From contig JBEIOU010000012.1 in the NCBI GenBank assembly GCA_040377425.1, positions 16,364 to 80,363 of the forward strand: 64,000 nucleotides of DNA. Direction: 5' to 3'. The position numbers were made by a program, and so were the translations under genes. The notes under the pieces were generated by a model. It did not search any database. It was not told the DNA's origin and was given only the letters and a program-made list of their open reading frames with translations. The DNA comes from Micavibrio sp. (GTDB lineage Bacteria > Pseudomonadota > Alphaproteobacteria > Micavibrionales > UBA2020). Of this stretch, positions 13,088 through 24,950 are shown piece after piece (the first letter of the stretch is position 1; the number at the start of each line of letters is the position of its first letter).

Positions 13088-13990
13088 CTACTGCGTCAGT
13101 CTGGCAACGATCACGCGATCATGCCCCGCCAAATCCTGACGGACTTCTAACACAGTCTGGCCCTGCGCTTCAAGCAGCTCTTTGACCGCGCCCGCCTGCC
13201 TGTATCCTATTTCATAGAAGGCCAGTCCGCCCGGACGCAGCCACCGCGGCGTCAGCCGTGCAAGCGTGCGGTAGGCATCCAGCCCGTCCGGCCCCGCAAA
13301 CAGCGCGCTGTGCGGGTCATAATCCAGGACCTCGGGCGCCAGATCGCCGCGCTCGCTCTCGGCGATATACGGCGGGTTGCTGATGAGGACATCGCAGCGG
13401 CCTTTGGGTTTATAATCCGCCCAGTCGGTCGCCTGAAAGGCCACGCGCTTTTGCAGACCCAGCAAACGTTCGTTCGCAACCGCCGCGCGAATGGCTCCCT
13501 CGCTGAGATCAATCCCAATACCCACCGCCTGCGGCCATTCCTGCAGCAACGACAACAACAGGCAGCCACTGCCCGTGCCCAGATCCAGTACGCGTACCTT
13601 TTCGTTTTTCGCTTCGGGCACCCAGTGCAGCGCGGCCTCGATCAACGTTTCGGAATCCGGCCTTGGATCAAGGGTTTGCGGTGTAATTTTAAAATCCGAC
13701 TTCCAGAAACCACGTACACCGACAATACGTGAGACCGGTTCGTGCCGCAAACGGCGCGCAAGGCCTTTGCGTAGCGCAGCCTCTTCTGTCGAGGTAAGAA
13801 TTTTATCTTTATTTAACAATAGCTCTTCGTATCTTATTTCAAGCAAGCCCTGAACAAGAAGCCGCGCTTCGAGATCAGGGGCGTCCAGTCCCGCCACCTC
13901 AAGCGCTACTTTAAATTCACCCAGGATATCTCCATAAGACTTGCGGGTTTGTTCAAAGCCGATATCAAGATCTTCCGCTTCGTTTACCAT
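13088..13990 (-). CDS. prmC: Release factor glutamine methyltransferase
   Basis: [27 protein letters not shown]. Confidence 0.95.
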   Translation of the reverse strand: MVNEAEDLDIGFEQTRKSYGDILGEFKVALEVAGLDAPDLEARLLVQGLLEIRYEELLLNKDKILTSTEEAALRKGLARRLRHEPVSRIVGVRGFWKSDFKITPQTLDPRPDSETLIEAALHWVPEAKNEKVRVLDLGTGSGCLLLSLLQEWPQAVGIGIDLSEGAIRAAVANERLLGLQKRVAFQATDWADYKPKGRCDVLISNPPYIAESERGDLAPEVLDYDPHSALFAGPDGLDAYRTLARLTPRWLRPGGLAFYEIGYRQAGAVKELLEAQGQTVLEVRQDLAGHDRVIVARLTQ

Positions 13991-15060
13991 GACATCTCCG
14001 TCAGCTTGGCGGCCTGATCTTCGGCGATCAGCGGGTCGATGATTTCATCAAGGCATTCGCCCGTGATGACGCGGTCGAGTTTATAGAGTGTCAGATTGAT
14101 GCGGTGGTCGGTCACGCGCCCCTGCGGGAAGTTATAGGTGCGGATACGTTCCGACCGGTCACCCGAGCCCACCTGTTCGCGGCGGTTGGCCGCGCGGGCG
14201 TCGTCCAGCTTCTGGCGTTCCATGTCGTACAGGCGGGACCGCAGAATTTTCATCGCGCGGTCTTTGTTCTTGTGCTGGGATTTTTCATCCTGCTGCACAA
14301 CCACGATACCGGATGGAATATGGGTAATACGCACCGCGGATTCCGTTTTGTTCACGTGCTGCCCGCCCGCGCCGCCCGCCCGCATCACGTCAATACGCAG
14401 GTCGCCATCTTTAATGTCCAAATCCACTTCCTCCGCTTCGGGCAGGACAGCCACAGTCGCGGCGGAGGTATGGATGCGGCCACTCGCTTCGGTCGTGGGG
14501 ACACGCTGCACGCGGTGCACGCCGGATTCATATTTCATGCGGGCAAAAACCGCCTGCCCCGCCACGGCCACCACGGCCTGACGGATACCGCCCAGATCGC
14601 TTTCGGCCAGCTCCATCACCTCGAACTTCCAGCCATGGTCGGCGGCATAGCGGCGGTACATGTCGAGCAGGTCAAAGGCGAACAGCGCCGCCTCGTCCCC
14701 GCCCGTACCGGCGCGGATTTCCAAAATAGCGTTTTTCTCGTCTGCGGCATCTTTGGGCAGCAGAGCGATCTGGATTTTCTTTTCAAATTCGGGCAGCGCG
14801 TCTTTTAGGCGGAAATATTCTTCTTCTGCCATTTCGCGCATGTCTTTGTCGGCCGCAGGGTCACGCATGATGACTTCCAGATCGGCGTATTCCGTCTGCG
14901 CTTTTTTGTAATTGCGGATGATATCCGCCAGCGGCGTCAGTTCGGCATATTCGCGCGACAGTTTTGTGAATACGTCCGACGCCAGCGTACCGGACGCCAG
15001 CAGCGCTTCGACTTCATGAAATCGGCTTAGAACCTGATCCAGCTTGCGGGCGAGCGACAT
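13984..15060 (-). CDS. prfA: Peptide chain release factor 1
   Basis: GGQ motif, PTT (PxT) anticodon, [16 protein letters not shown]. Confidence 0.97.
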   Translation of the reverse strand: MSLARKLDQVLSRFHEVEALLASGTLASDVFTKLSREYAELTPLADIIRNYKKAQTEYADLEVIMRDPAADKDMREMAEEEYFRLKDALPEFEKKIQIALLPKDAADEKNAILEIRAGTGGDEAALFAFDLLDMYRRYAADHGWKFEVMELAESDLGGIRQAVVAVAGQAVFARMKYESGVHRVQRVPTTEASGRIHTSAATVAVLPEAEEVDLDIKDGDLRIDVMRAGGAGGQHVNKTESAVRITHIPSGIVVVQQDEKSQHKNKDRAMKILRSRLYDMERQKLDDARAANRREQVGSGDRSERIRTYNFPQGRVTDHRINLTLYKLDRVITGECLDEIIDPLIAEDQAAKLTEMSW

Positions 15061-15068
15061 GGGATTTC

Positions 15069-16199
15069 TTATGCCGCCGTTTCTTGCTGTTCGGCGATTT
15101 TTTTCTCGATCTCTTTCGCACGCTCTTCGACCAGATGCACCAGATGGTCGACGATGCTTTCGTCTTTCAAACGGTGCGCGGGCTGGCCTTTCAGGTAAAC
15201 CTGATGCGTGCCGCGCCCGCCGCCCGTAAAACCGATATCGGTCATCAAGGCTTCGCCAGGGCCGTTTACGATGCAGCCGATAACGGATACCGTCATGGGT
15301 GTCGTAATATGCGCCAGACGCTCTTCCAGCACTTTCACGGTTTCAATCACGTCGAATTGCTGGCGCGAACAGGACGGGCACGAAATAACATTCACCCCGC
15401 GGTGACGCAGCCCCATAGATTTGAGAATATCAAAACCAACCTTGATCTCTTCGACCGGATCGGCCGTTAGCGATACGCGTATAGTGTCACCGATACCCGC
15501 CCACAACAGGCTGCCGATACCAATAGACGATTTGATCGTGCCCGTGCGCAGGCCGCCCGCTTCGGTCACACCGACATGCAGGGGGTAATCGCAGGCATCG
15601 GCCAGCTGTTGATAAGCCGCCACCGCCAGAAAAACATCGGATGCCTTGCACGAAATTTTAAAGTTATAAAAATCGTGATCTTCGAGGATTTTGATATGCC
15701 GCAACGCGGATTGCACCATCGCTTCGGGGCACGGCTCGCCGAATTGCTCCAGCAGTTCTTTTTCAAGCGAACCCGCATTCACGCCGATACGGATAGAGCA
15801 GTTATGATCTTTCGCCGCCTGCACCACTTCGCGCACGCGGTCGTCGGAACCGATATTACCGGGATTGATACGCAGGCACGCTGCGCCCGCCTTGGCGGCC
15901 TCAATCGCACGTTTGTAATGAAAATGGATATCCGCCACGATGGGAACAGATACCTGCGCAATGATATCTTTCAGCGCGGCCGTCGATGCTTCGTCAGGGC
16001 AGGATACGCGCACAATGTCCGCGCCGGCTTTTTCAAGGGCGTGAATTTGTGCAACCGTCGCCGCCACATCCGGCGTCGGGGTATTCGTCATGGACTGCAC
16101 CGTAATCGGCGCATCCCCGCCCACGGGCACTTTGCCGACACAAATCTGACGCGATTTGCGACGATAAATCTGGCGATACGGCCTGACGTCACCTGACAT
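15069..16199 (-). CDS. ispG: (E)-4-hydroxy-3-methylbut-2-enyl-diphosphate synthase
   Basis: [41 protein letters not shown]. Confidence 0.96.
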   Translation of the reverse strand: MSGDVRPYRQIYRRKSRQICVGKVPVGGDAPITVQSMTNTPTPDVAATVAQIHALEKAGADIVRVSCPDEASTAALKDIIAQVSVPIVADIHFHYKRAIEAAKAGAACLRINPGNIGSDDRVREVVQAAKDHNCSIRIGVNAGSLEKELLEQFGEPCPEAMVQSALRHIKILEDHDFYNFKISCKASDVFLAVAAYQQLADACDYPLHVGVTEAGGLRTGTIKSSIGIGSLLWAGIGDTIRVSLTADPVEEIKVGFDILKSMGLRHRGVNVISCPSCSRQQFDVIETVKVLEERLAHITTPMTVSVIGCIVNGPGEALMTDIGFTGGGRGTHQVYLKGQPAHRLKDESIVDHLVHLVEERAKEIEKKIAEQQETAA

Positions 16200-16250
16200 T
16201 TTCACACACCTCTTCTCTTGGCCGGATAACGCGCCGGCGGGCGCGGCGTA

Positions 16251-17366
16251 TCAATGACGTACGCGTGTTTTTCTTTTTTTCAAGTCGTCGGCTTCCAGCT
16301 GAATACCGCGCACGATTTCGCCGGGTTTGCCAAAACTAGCGACAGCCGCGCCATCGACTAGAATATTCAATCCACCTGCATTCGACGTAACCATCGTCAT
16401 TCCGGGTTGATCCGGTACAAAAAACTGTTCGCCTGCGGCCATGACTTTTTTGTACACAACCTTGCCGCTGCTATCGCTGATCTGTACCCAGCTTTTCTGG
16501 CTGGCTTCCAGCACAATGCGCGATTTACCGCGCTGTTTGACGGTAATCATTTCAGGCGGAATGGGCGGCGCGATGGCCGTTGCGACAGGACGTTGCGCCG
16601 GACGTACCACCATACCTGCCGCAGGGGCATCTGCCTGTGCGGCAGGCGCCTGAGCGATATCTGCTGCAGATGCAGCCGCCGCAGGGGCCGCGGCCGTATC
16701 TGTATGAACCGCTGGCGCACCGGTTGCGGCGGCAGGTGCCTCACCCGCAGGTGCCGCCGCGCTATCGCCCGGCTGTATAATGCCATTGTTATAGCCCGCC
16801 AGCGGACGGGAGTCTGCCAGTGTGGGCTGGCCGGATGCCGTACCGACAACAGGCGCAGGCGGAATGTTGTCCGCCAACTCGACGCCTTCATCATCCGACG
16901 ACATCAGCGACCAGACAATCACCAACACCACAATACCGAAAGCTGCCGCGCCGATCAGCATCGGGCCGGGCAATTTGTCTTCGCTGATAGGGTCGGTGAA
17001 TTTCAACGACGTCTTGGCCGCCTCTTCTCCTGCATGTTCTGCCTTGAACGTATCCACCAGTTCTTTGGCGTCCAGCTTGACGAACTGGGCATAGGTACGC
17101 ACGAAACCGACAGCATAGGTCATGCCGGGCAGCTGGTCGATACGGTCATCTTCGATGGATTGCAGCTGCGCCACGCGTACGTTGATGGACGATGATACAT
17201 CTTCGAGCGTCAGTTTCATCCCTTCGCGGGCGCGGCGGAGAGTTTTGCCGACCGTATGCTTGGGGGCGTCATCTTCGGGCACATGCGACGTCGGCGCGGC
17301 AGGGTTGTGCGCGGGGCCGGATTGCGGTTGACCGCCTTGACGGTTTTTTTTCTTTTTGCCGGACAT
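16251..17366 (-). CDS. rodZ: RodZ-like HTH / TM / DUF4115 cytoskeleton protein
   Basis: N-terminal HTH (YAVGFVRTYA), one TM helix, Ala/Pro linker, C-terminal SWVQI...NAGGL; adjacent to ispG. Confidence 0.85.
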   Translation of the reverse strand: MSGKKKKNRQGGQPQSGPAHNPAAPTSHVPEDDAPKHTVGKTLRRAREGMKLTLEDVSSSINVRVAQLQSIEDDRIDQLPGMTYAVGFVRTYAQFVKLDAKELVDTFKAEHAGEEAAKTSLKFTDPISEDKLPGPMLIGAAAFGIVVLVIVWSLMSSDDEGVELADNIPPAPVVGTASGQPTLADSRPLAGYNNGIIQPGDSAAAPAGEAPAAATGAPAVHTDTAAAPAAAASAADIAQAPAAQADAPAAGMVVRPAQRPVATAIAPPIPPEMITVKQRGKSRIVLEASQKSWVQISDSSGKVVYKKVMAAGEQFFVPDQPGMTMVTSNAGGLNILVDGAAVASFGKPGEIVRGIQLEADDLKKRKTRVRH

Positions 17367-17378
17367 AAAATAATCCCC

Positions 17379-19754
17379 CTAGCTGACAGTCATAATGTGG
17401 ACGCCATGGTCGCGGGCAAAAGACAAAAGCCTTTCGCGCAAAGAATGCTCGCGCGAAGCCATGAGACGTTCAAGATACGGTACAAGTTGCCGCGTATCAA
17501 GCGTGGGGATCATGGTTTTCACCGCCTCCAACGATTGTACGGGCATAGAAAGGGTGCCATAGCCAAGCGCGATCAACACCATGGCTTCCAGCGGGTGGCC
17601 GGCCATTTCACCACAAACGCTGACGGGGACCCCCGCCGCGCGGCATTGATCGGCCACGGTTTTCAGAACACGCAGCATGGCGGGCGACAACGGGTCATAA
17701 CGGCCACGAATGGCGTGATTGCTGCGGTCGGCTGCATACAAATACTGCATCAGGTCGTTGGTGCCGACGGCGATGAAATCGACAGATTTCAAAATCTGTT
17801 CCAGCTGGAACAAAAGCGCGGGCACTTCCAGCATCACGCCAAGCGAAATCTTCTCCGGCACGGGAATGCCGTTTTGGATGGCGCGGGTTTTTTCCATGTC
17901 CAGCAGAATACGGGCGCGGTCCAGCTCGGCCGCTTCGGTCACGAAGGGCAACAAGATATGCAGCGGCCGCCCCTGCGATCCACGAATAAAGGCGCGGAAC
18001 TGGGTGCGCAAAACAGCGGGGCGATCCATGCCGATGCGTACCGCACGCCAGCCCAGCGCGGGGTTTTCCTCGTCCGGTGCCTTGAAATACGGCAGCGGCT
18101 TATCACCGCCGATATCCAGCGTGCGGAAAACAACAGGCTTGCCGTCCATTTTGTCCATGATGCGGCTGTACAGTTCTGCCTGCGTCACCACCAAGGGATA
18201 TTTCTGCCACGCCATGAACGCGAGTTCGGTACGGAACAGGCCAATCCCCTCCGCCCCCCATTCGGCGGCGGCGTCTACTTCATGCATCAGCCCCGCGTTC
18301 ATCATGACACCCACACGGATACCGCAGGCCGTTACAGATTCTTGCGGATGCTGCGCAAGGCGGTATTGACTGGCGCGTTCGCGGCGGCTTTCGATGTTTT
18401 TGGCGTAAATATCCTGCACGTATTCCGACGGATTGATGTACACCGTGCCGTGGTCGCCATCGACAACGGCCATATCGCCCGCACTGACCACATTCAAAAT
18501 ATCGCGGCACTGCCCCACAACAGGCACACCCAGCGCACGTGCGACGATGGCAACGTGGTTTGAATAGCTGCCTTTTTCAAGGATCACGCCCTTTAACCGC
18601 GCCGTGTCGTAATCCAGAAGCGCGGCGGGACCAAGAGAACGTGCCACAAGAACAAAACTCTCCGGCAAATCATCGTTGCGGCTGGTGTCTTCCGTCTGCG
18701 ATTGCTGCGACAGGTGGCTGAGCAAGCGATTGCTGAGATCTTCGATATCCGCCATCCGGTCGCGGATATAGGCATCATTGATCTGCATCATGCGCACGCG
18801 CGTTTCGTTTTGTACGCGGTGTACGGCGGCTTCGGCGGACAGGCCCTTGTCAATCGCCGCTTCCAGCTTGGCCAACCATCCGCGGTCGCGGGCGAACATT
18901 TGATAGGCTTCAAGAATATCTCGACTTTCGCTGCCCGTGGGGACGCCGCTGCGGTTCAGCAAACGGTCGATGGCTTCGTGCATCGTGGCGATCGCGCCAT
19001 GCAGGCGGGATTTTTCTTCGCGCACGTCATCGGCCACAATGCGCTGCAGGCCGTTTGCGGCGTCGTACAGCACCACCGTACCGGTCGCAAGGCCACGCGC
19101 AAGGCTGACACCGTCCATCTGGTTGGTGCTGCCGCCGCCAGCTTTTCCTGAATGCAATTCTTTGCGGGTGATAATGCCGCCCGCGACAATCAGTTCGGCG
19201 ACCGCCATGGCGACGGTTTCAAGAATATCGACGGCTTCGTCACCATAACTGCGGGGCAGTTTGTTTTGAATAACCAAGACGCCGCGCACATGCCCGCTGC
19301 GCAAAACAGGTACACCGCAAAACCCGCGGTAATCTGCACCGCCCGTTTCGGGGCGCAGCGTAAATTGCGGATGGGTGGTCATGTCGTTCATCACCAGCGG
19401 CACGGCCGATGCGGCAATATCGCCGATAAACCCCTCCCCCACGCGCAGTTTGGCTGTATGCGCCATATCGGGCGGCAGGCCCGTGACAGAAAAAAGCTCG
19501 ATCACCTCCCCCGCACGCTGAATAAAGCAGGAGCAAATATCCGCCCGCAGTTCACGCGCGATCAAAGCGACGATACGATCAAGTTTATGTTCGGGCGCGA
19601 TGTCTTCGTCCATGATATCGCGCAGGCGCAGCATCATCTGGCGCGGTGATGACAGCGCCATCTGCGCATCAACAAAGGCGGATGCGGTTTCTTCCCGCGC
19701 GCGCGGGCTGGTTTGGGGACCCGGCGTCCAGCTATGCGGGTCCGCCGCTGCCAT
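17379..19754 (-). CDS. ptsP: Phosphoenolpyruvate-protein phosphotransferase EI-Ntr
   Basis: N-terminal GAF domain, NHVAIVARALG phospho-His, GLFRTE, EENPALGWRA, GTNDL, CGEMAG. Confidence 0.94.
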   Translation of the reverse strand: MAAADPHSWTPGPQTSPRAREETASAFVDAQMALSSPRQMMLRLRDIMDEDIAPEHKLDRIVALIARELRADICSCFIQRAGEVIELFSVTGLPPDMAHTAKLRVGEGFIGDIAASAVPLVMNDMTTHPQFTLRPETGGADYRGFCGVPVLRSGHVRGVLVIQNKLPRSYGDEAVDILETVAMAVAELIVAGGIITRKELHSGKAGGGSTNQMDGVSLARGLATGTVVLYDAANGLQRIVADDVREEKSRLHGAIATMHEAIDRLLNRSGVPTGSESRDILEAYQMFARDRGWLAKLEAAIDKGLSAEAAVHRVQNETRVRMMQINDAYIRDRMADIEDLSNRLLSHLSQQSQTEDTSRNDDLPESFVLVARSLGPAALLDYDTARLKGVILEKGSYSNHVAIVARALGVPVVGQCRDILNVVSAGDMAVVDGDHGTVYINPSEYVQDIYAKNIESRRERASQYRLAQHPQESVTACGIRVGVMMNAGLMHEVDAAAEWGAEGIGLFRTELAFMAWQKYPLVVTQAELYSRIMDKMDGKPVVFRTLDIGGDKPLPYFKAPDEENPALGWRAVRIGMDRPAVLRTQFRAFIRGSQGRPLHILLPFVTEAAELDRARILLDMEKTRAIQNGIPVPEKISLGVMLEVPALLFQLEQILKSVDFIAVGTNDLMQYLYAADRSNHAIRGRYDPLSPAMLRVLKTVADQCRAAGVPVSVCGEMAGHPLEAMVLIALGYGTLSMPVQSLEAVKTMIPTLDTRQLVPYLERLMASREHSLRERLLSFARDHGVHIMTVS

Positions 19755-21001
19755 TAGGACGGACGACCCTCGCCATCCAGGCCGTAGGCGGTGTGCAGGG
19801 AGCGCACGGCCAGTTCGGTGTATTCTTCGGAGATCAACACGCTGACTTTGATTTCAGAAGTGGTGATGACCTGGATGTTGATGCCTTTTTCGGCCAGCGT
19901 TTTAAACATTTTCGATGCCACACCCGCATAGCTGCGCATGCCGATACCGATGATGGAGATTTTGGCCACATCCGCGCTTGATTCAAACTGCGCACCTTCG
20001 AGGGTTTTGATCGACTCTTTCAGAACTTCGATCGTTTTGGGCAGGTCCGCGCGGGGCACGGTAAAGGTCAGGTCGGTACGCGCCGCATCGGGCGATACGT
20101 TCTGGACAATCATATCCACGTTAACGGCGGCATCGGCCAGCGGGCCAAAAAGCTTGGCGGCCACGCCCGGCACGTCGGGCAAATTGCGCAGGGTGACTTT
20201 TGCTTCATCCCGGCTATGCGTCACGCCGCTGACAACTTCCTGTTCCACGATATTCTCCTCATCTTCTACCAGTGTGCCGGGCAGGTCGCTGCCCAGTGCC
20301 GTTTCAAAACTCGACAGTACCTGTACCGGTACTTTTTCTTTCATCGCCAATTCGACGGAACGGGTTTGCAAAACCTTCGCCCCGACACTGGCCATCTCCA
20401 GCATTTCTTCGTACGAAATGCGGTTGATCTTGCGTGCATGGTTCACGATACGCGGGTCGGCGGTGTATACGCCGTCCACATCGGTGTAGATATCACAGCG
20501 CTCCGCCTTCAGCGCGGCGGCAACCGCCACCGCTGACGTATCCGATCCACCGCGGCCCAGCGTGGAAATGCGCCCATCGGACGCCAGCCCCTGAAAACCC
20601 GCGATGACGGCGACTTCGCCGCGGTCCAGGCTTTCGCGCAGCATGCCGGTTTCAACGCTCTTGATACGCGCCTTGGCGTGGACGTCATTGGTCATGATCG
20701 GCACCTGCCATCCCTGCCACGAGCGTGCAGGCACGCCGCGTTTTTGCAGCGCGAGGGCCAGCAGCCCCGACGTCACCTGTTCGCCCGACGCCACGATCGC
20801 ATCGTATTCGCGCGGATCATAAATCTCGGACACTTCGGTGCAATATTTCACCAGCTGGTTGGTCACGCCGGACATCGCAGACACGACAACAGCCACCTTG
20901 TGGCCGCGGGCGATTTCTGCCGCGACTTTGTTGGCTACGTTTTCTATGGCCGGAACCGTGGCGACAGATGTGCCGCCGAATTTCAAAACAAGTAATCCCA
21001 T
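19754..21001 (-). CDS. lysC: Aspartate kinase
   Basis: VLKFGGTSV, TLGRGGSDTSA, two ACT domains, TTSEIKVS. Confidence 0.96.
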   Translation of the reverse strand: MGLLVLKFGGTSVATVPAIENVANKVAAEIARGHKVAVVVSAMSGVTNQLVKYCTEVSEIYDPREYDAIVASGEQVTSGLLALALQKRGVPARSWQGWQVPIMTNDVHAKARIKSVETGMLRESLDRGEVAVIAGFQGLASDGRISTLGRGGSDTSAVAVAAALKAERCDIYTDVDGVYTADPRIVNHARKINRISYEEMLEMASVGAKVLQTRSVELAMKEKVPVQVLSSFETALGSDLPGTLVEDEENIVEQEVVSGVTHSRDEAKVTLRNLPDVPGVAAKLFGPLADAAVNVDMIVQNVSPDAARTDLTFTVPRADLPKTIEVLKESIKTLEGAQFESSADVAKISIIGIGMRSYAGVASKMFKTLAEKGINIQVITTSEIKVSVLISEEYTELAVRSLHTAYGLDGEGRPS

Positions 21002-21232
21002 GGACTTTTAAGCCTCTTTTGTGCCGCCGCAAGGTAGCCGTGTCAGGCGGTTTTCTCAACCCCCTGCACTGTCCTCTGCCATGCGGCTTGTTATTCCGGA
21101 CAGAATAGCCCGAAGGGCGGGTGATTCCGAAGAGTCTTTTTGCTGATTTTATTAAATATTTCCATGTTTTTACGCCGATTCCGATGCTATCCAGAGAGGG
21201 TTGCCGTCAAACCACAGAAAAGGATATGGAAT

Positions 21233-22552
21233 ATGGGAAATATTACTGTCATTGGCTCTCAGTGGGGTGACGAAGGCAAAGGCAAAATTGTCGACGGGCT
21301 GGCGGCCGAGGCCGACATCGTCGTGCGCTACCAAGGCGGCCATAACGCCGGCCACACGCTGGTCGTGGGCGAAAAGGTTTACAAGCTGCACCTGCTCCCC
21401 TCCGGCGTTGTGCGGGGCAAATTATCCGTGATCGGTAACGGCGTTGTGGTCGACCCGACCGCGCTGCTCGAAGAAATCGAGCGCCTGAAAGGCCAGGGTA
21501 TCAACATCACGCCCGACAACCTGATTATTTCCGAACACGCCCCCCTCATCCTGCCGCTGCACAGCGCGCTTGATAAGGCATTCGAAGAAGCCCGTGGCAC
21601 CAGCAAAATCGGCACCACCGGCCGCGGCATCGGCCCCGCCTACGAAGACCAGACCGGCCGCCGCGGCCTGCGCATGTGCGACCTTGCGCATCCGGATACG
21701 CTGGCGGATAAGCTGACAAAACAGCTGTTTTACCACAACGCCCTGCTGCGCGGTTTGGGCGCGCAAGAGCTGAACGTGGACGAATTTGTGACCTATCTGC
21801 AAGGTATCGCGCAAAAGCTTCTGCCCTTCATCCAGCCCAGCTGGAAAGTGCTGGACGAAGCCCGCGCGAGCGGTAAAACCGTCTTGTTCGAAGGCGCACA
21901 GGGCGTAATGCTCGACGTTGACCACGGCACGTATCCGTTCGTTACATCATCCAATACCTCTGCCGCACAAGCGGCACTGGGCACGGGCGTCGGCCCCGAC
22001 CAGCTGGGTTTCGTGCTGGGTATTACCAAGGCGTATACCACGCGCGTCGGCTCCGGCCCCTTCCCGACCGAACTGTTCGATGACGTCGGCGAAACACTGG
22101 GCGCACGCGGTCATGAATTTGGCACCACCACGGGCCGTAAACGCCGCTGCGGCTGGTTTGATGCCGTACAGGTGCGTCAAGCCGTGAAGGTTGCTGGCGT
22201 TCAGGGTATTTCGCTTATGAAACTGGACGTCATGGACACGCTGGCCGAAGTCAAGATTTGCACAGGCTACACCGCCGATGGCAAACACTATGATTACATC
22301 CCCGCATCGCAGGATTTGCAGGCGAAACTGCAGCCTGTATACGAAACGATGCCCGGCTGGCAAACATCGCTGGAAGGTGTGCGTAAACTGGAAGACCTGC
22401 CCGCGAATGCCCGCGCCTATATCAAGCGTATCGAAGAGCTGATCGGCGTACCCGCCGCCGTCATTTCGACCAGCCCGCAGCGCGAAGACACTATCCGCGT
22501 GATCGACCTGTTCAAAAGCGGATTGAAAGTCAGCACGGCGAAGGTGGCCTGA
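21233..22552 (+). CDS. purA: Adenylosuccinate synthetase
   Basis: [43 protein letters not shown]; start ATG 21233. Confidence 0.97.
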   Translation: MGNITVIGSQWGDEGKGKIVDGLAAEADIVVRYQGGHNAGHTLVVGEKVYKLHLLPSGVVRGKLSVIGNGVVVDPTALLEEIERLKGQGINITPDNLIISEHAPLILPLHSALDKAFEEARGTSKIGTTGRGIGPAYEDQTGRRGLRMCDLAHPDTLADKLTKQLFYHNALLRGLGAQELNVDEFVTYLQGIAQKLLPFIQPSWKVLDEARASGKTVLFEGAQGVMLDVDHGTYPFVTSSNTSAAQAALGTGVGPDQLGFVLGITKAYTTRVGSGPFPTELFDDVGETLGARGHEFGTTTGRKRRCGWFDAVQVRQAVKVAGVQGISLMKLDVMDTLAEVKICTGYTADGKHYDYIPASQDLQAKLQPVYETMPGWQTSLEGVRKLEDLPANARAYIKRIEELIGVPAAVISTSPQREDTIRVIDLFKSGLKVSTAKVA

Positions 22553-22554
22553 TC

Positions 22555-23769
22555 TTAATGCCCAAACTGGTTCATGATGTAGCCAATCACCAGCACTTGG
22601 GGCACGGTCAGCAGCGGCAGGAACAAGGCGATTTTCCATGATTTGGTGGCTTCGCGCAGCACCATGATTTCGGTGTAATCCGTTGCCACGCCCGCCATCA
22701 AAAACGTAAAGCTGTTACCCACCGCGCCCGCACGGCCAAACAGATCGCCCGCAATCGGCGCGGCGCCTTCGGAGCATACTTCGATAATCGTCGCGGCCAC
22801 CAGCGTGGCGGCAAGGCCGATCATGGTGGGGCCAAACCACTGCGCAAACATATCCTGCGTCATGCCGGCACGCAGCGCACCCGCGATGATGACGCCGACG
22901 AACAGCCAGCGGATAATCATCTTGGAGTCCTTGACGCCGATCACCAGCGTGTCCCAGAAAAAGCGCGGCGTCCATTTGACTTCGGACAGTCCCTTTTTGG
23001 CCGCGGGCCAAAACTGGAAGCCGCTGGTCAGCGGGCGGTGGTTGGGATTGGGCGGCAGCGTGCCGCGTTTGACCAGATAGTCAAACACAATGCCCGTCAC
23101 GATACCAATCGCCATTGAAATCACAATAAACGCCAGCGTCCATTTCAGGCCGATCATGGCGACAAGGATGAGCGTAAGGGAGAAGGAATTCCACGGACTG
23201 GAAATCAGAAAAGCCATCACCTGGCCGATGGTCGCGCCGCGTTCGTAAAACTTTGCGCCCACCATCAAAATACCATGACTGCAAAGGTCGAGCAGTACAC
23301 CCGCAAAGGCCGCCCGCAGAATACCCTGCACGCCGCGGCCGGATCCCAGCGCGGCCATCACAAAATCGCGCGGCACGCGGCTGAGGAAACCCATGGCAAC
23401 AATCCCTGCCACAACGCCGACCCACATCATGTTCATCAGTTCGAACACAGCAGCCGAAAAACGCTGCGCCGCGCCCATGACGCCGGCCGTACCGCCATGC
23501 GCCGTATGCGGGTCCGCCCCCAGCGCGAAATAGGCGAAATAGCCCGCCGCCACAATCAAAAGCCCGCCCCAAAACATATAATCCGCGCGGGGTTTTGCGT
23601 TTTCGCCCGTGTCACAACAAGAAGGCGTTGTTTTGGGCGCAGGCGTAGCGCAGCACGAAGGGACTGTTTTTACAGGGATTTGTACCTGTACAGTCGCCGG
23701 TTTAGCCCCGCAGCAGCTGGGAATATCGCTGGCGGCAGATTGTGGATTTTCGGGTTGACTAATTTTCAT
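22555..23769 (-). CDS. DUF318/ArsP-like predicted permease with Cys-Cys-rich N-terminus
   Basis: Multi-TM; LDLCSHG and EVCSEG repeats typical of this permease family; three SCC motifs at the N-terminus. Confidence 0.8.
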   Translation of the reverse strand: MKISQPENPQSAASDIPSCCGAKPATVQVQIPVKTVPSCCATPAPKTTPSCCDTGENAKPRADYMFWGGLLIVAAGYFAYFALGADPHTAHGGTAGVMGAAQRFSAAVFELMNMMWVGVVAGIVAMGFLSRVPRDFVMAALGSGRGVQGILRAAFAGVLLDLCSHGILMVGAKFYERGATIGQVMAFLISSPWNSFSLTLILVAMIGLKWTLAFIVISMAIGIVTGIVFDYLVKRGTLPPNPNHRPLTSGFQFWPAAKKGLSEVKWTPRFFWDTLVIGVKDSKMIIRWLFVGVIIAGALRAGMTQDMFAQWFGPTMIGLAATLVAATIIEVCSEGAAPIAGDLFGRAGAVGNSFTFLMAGVATDYTEIMVLREATKSWKIALFLPLLTVPQVLVIGYIMNQFGH

Positions 23770-23905
23770 AAACTTGCTATTTTTGCACCCATTGTTGCTT
23801 TACGCAGAACTTGGCACTACCTCTTTATTTTAGGCTGATACAGCCCCTTACTATCGGCTAATATAGCCGTGGCCGTGCCGGATACCAGCAAAAGCGCCCT
23901 ATCAA

Positions 23906-24793
23906 ATGCAGCAAAAGAGACAAATGAACAAGATTTTTTTCAAATCCCTGATCTGCCTCGGCTTTGCAGCCACGATGAGCCTGCAAACCCTTGCGGCATA
24001 TGCGGCATTTGAAAACGTCAGCCTGCGCAGCGATGTCGAAGAGCCTGCCAAGAAAATGGGCCTGAATTACGACGTCTACGCGGGCGGGTTCAAGGCATTG
24101 GCCGCCACGCTGGAAATGGATCTGGACCCCAAAGCATACGACATGTCGCTGACAGCAAAGACGCAGGGCACGATCGGCTCCCTCTTCCCGTGGGAAGGCG
24201 TCTATGCCACGTCCGGCCATGCGCAAAACGACGGCACCCCCGTGCCCAGCGTGCATACCGCCCGCAGCAGTTGGAAAAAAGACGAAAAAGTCACCGAAAT
24301 GCAGTACTCGCCCAAAGGCACGCTGCTGAAAACCACCACGCACGAAGACAATGAAACCAAGGTCAAAAAAGATTTTGACCCCGCCCTGACCGAAAACGCC
24401 GTCGACGTGCTGACGGGCGCGTTGCAGATGCTCAAAAAATCCGGCCAAACGGAAAAATGCGAAGGAACTTTTCCGGTTTTCGACGGTAAGCGGCGTTTCA
24501 ATATCACGTTGCAAGATGGCGGTGTGGAAAAGCTGGAAAAAAACAAATACTCGGCCTTTAACGGTGACGCCCTGCGCTGCACGCTGAAGGTGGAGCCCGT
24601 GGCAGGTTTCAAGAAGAAAGACAAGGAACGCGGCTGGATGGCCGTACAATCGCACACCGAAGCCCGCAAAAAGCCCCCCACCCTGTGGTTGGCCAAGATT
24701 GCCCAAAAAGGCCCGATGGTGCCTGTGCGCATGGAAATCGCCAGTGCCTATGGATCGGTCGTGGCGCATTTGTCGACGCTCGAAAACAAGTAA
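23906..24793 (+). CDS. DUF3108 domain exported protein (start may be 23924)
   Basis: Signal peptide; YDVYAGG, PVFDGKRRF, LWLA...VPVRMEI...G motifs. Confidence 0.8.
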   Translation: MQQKRQMNKIFFKSLICLGFAATMSLQTLAAYAAFENVSLRSDVEEPAKKMGLNYDVYAGGFKALAATLEMDLDPKAYDMSLTAKTQGTIGSLFPWEGVYATSGHAQNDGTPVPSVHTARSSWKKDEKVTEMQYSPKGTLLKTTTHEDNETKVKKDFDPALTENAVDVLTGALQMLKKSGQTEKCEGTFPVFDGKRRFNITLQDGGVEKLEKNKYSAFNGDALRCTLKVEPVAGFKKKDKERGWMAVQSHTEARKKPPTLWLAKIAQKGPMVPVRMEIASAYGSVVAHLSTLENK

Positions 24794-24950
24794 TTTTCCT
24801 GCCAGCACCTGACTGCAAACGGGCTGTTTCTGACGTTAAAAAAGCGTTTTTACGGCTGCGTCCGCTGTTGTAACCTCCTGCAACAAACTGTGAATTGATG
24901 GTTGATTCCGCCTCTGGTCTATTCAGGGGCGTTAACGGAGTTTTTTGTCG

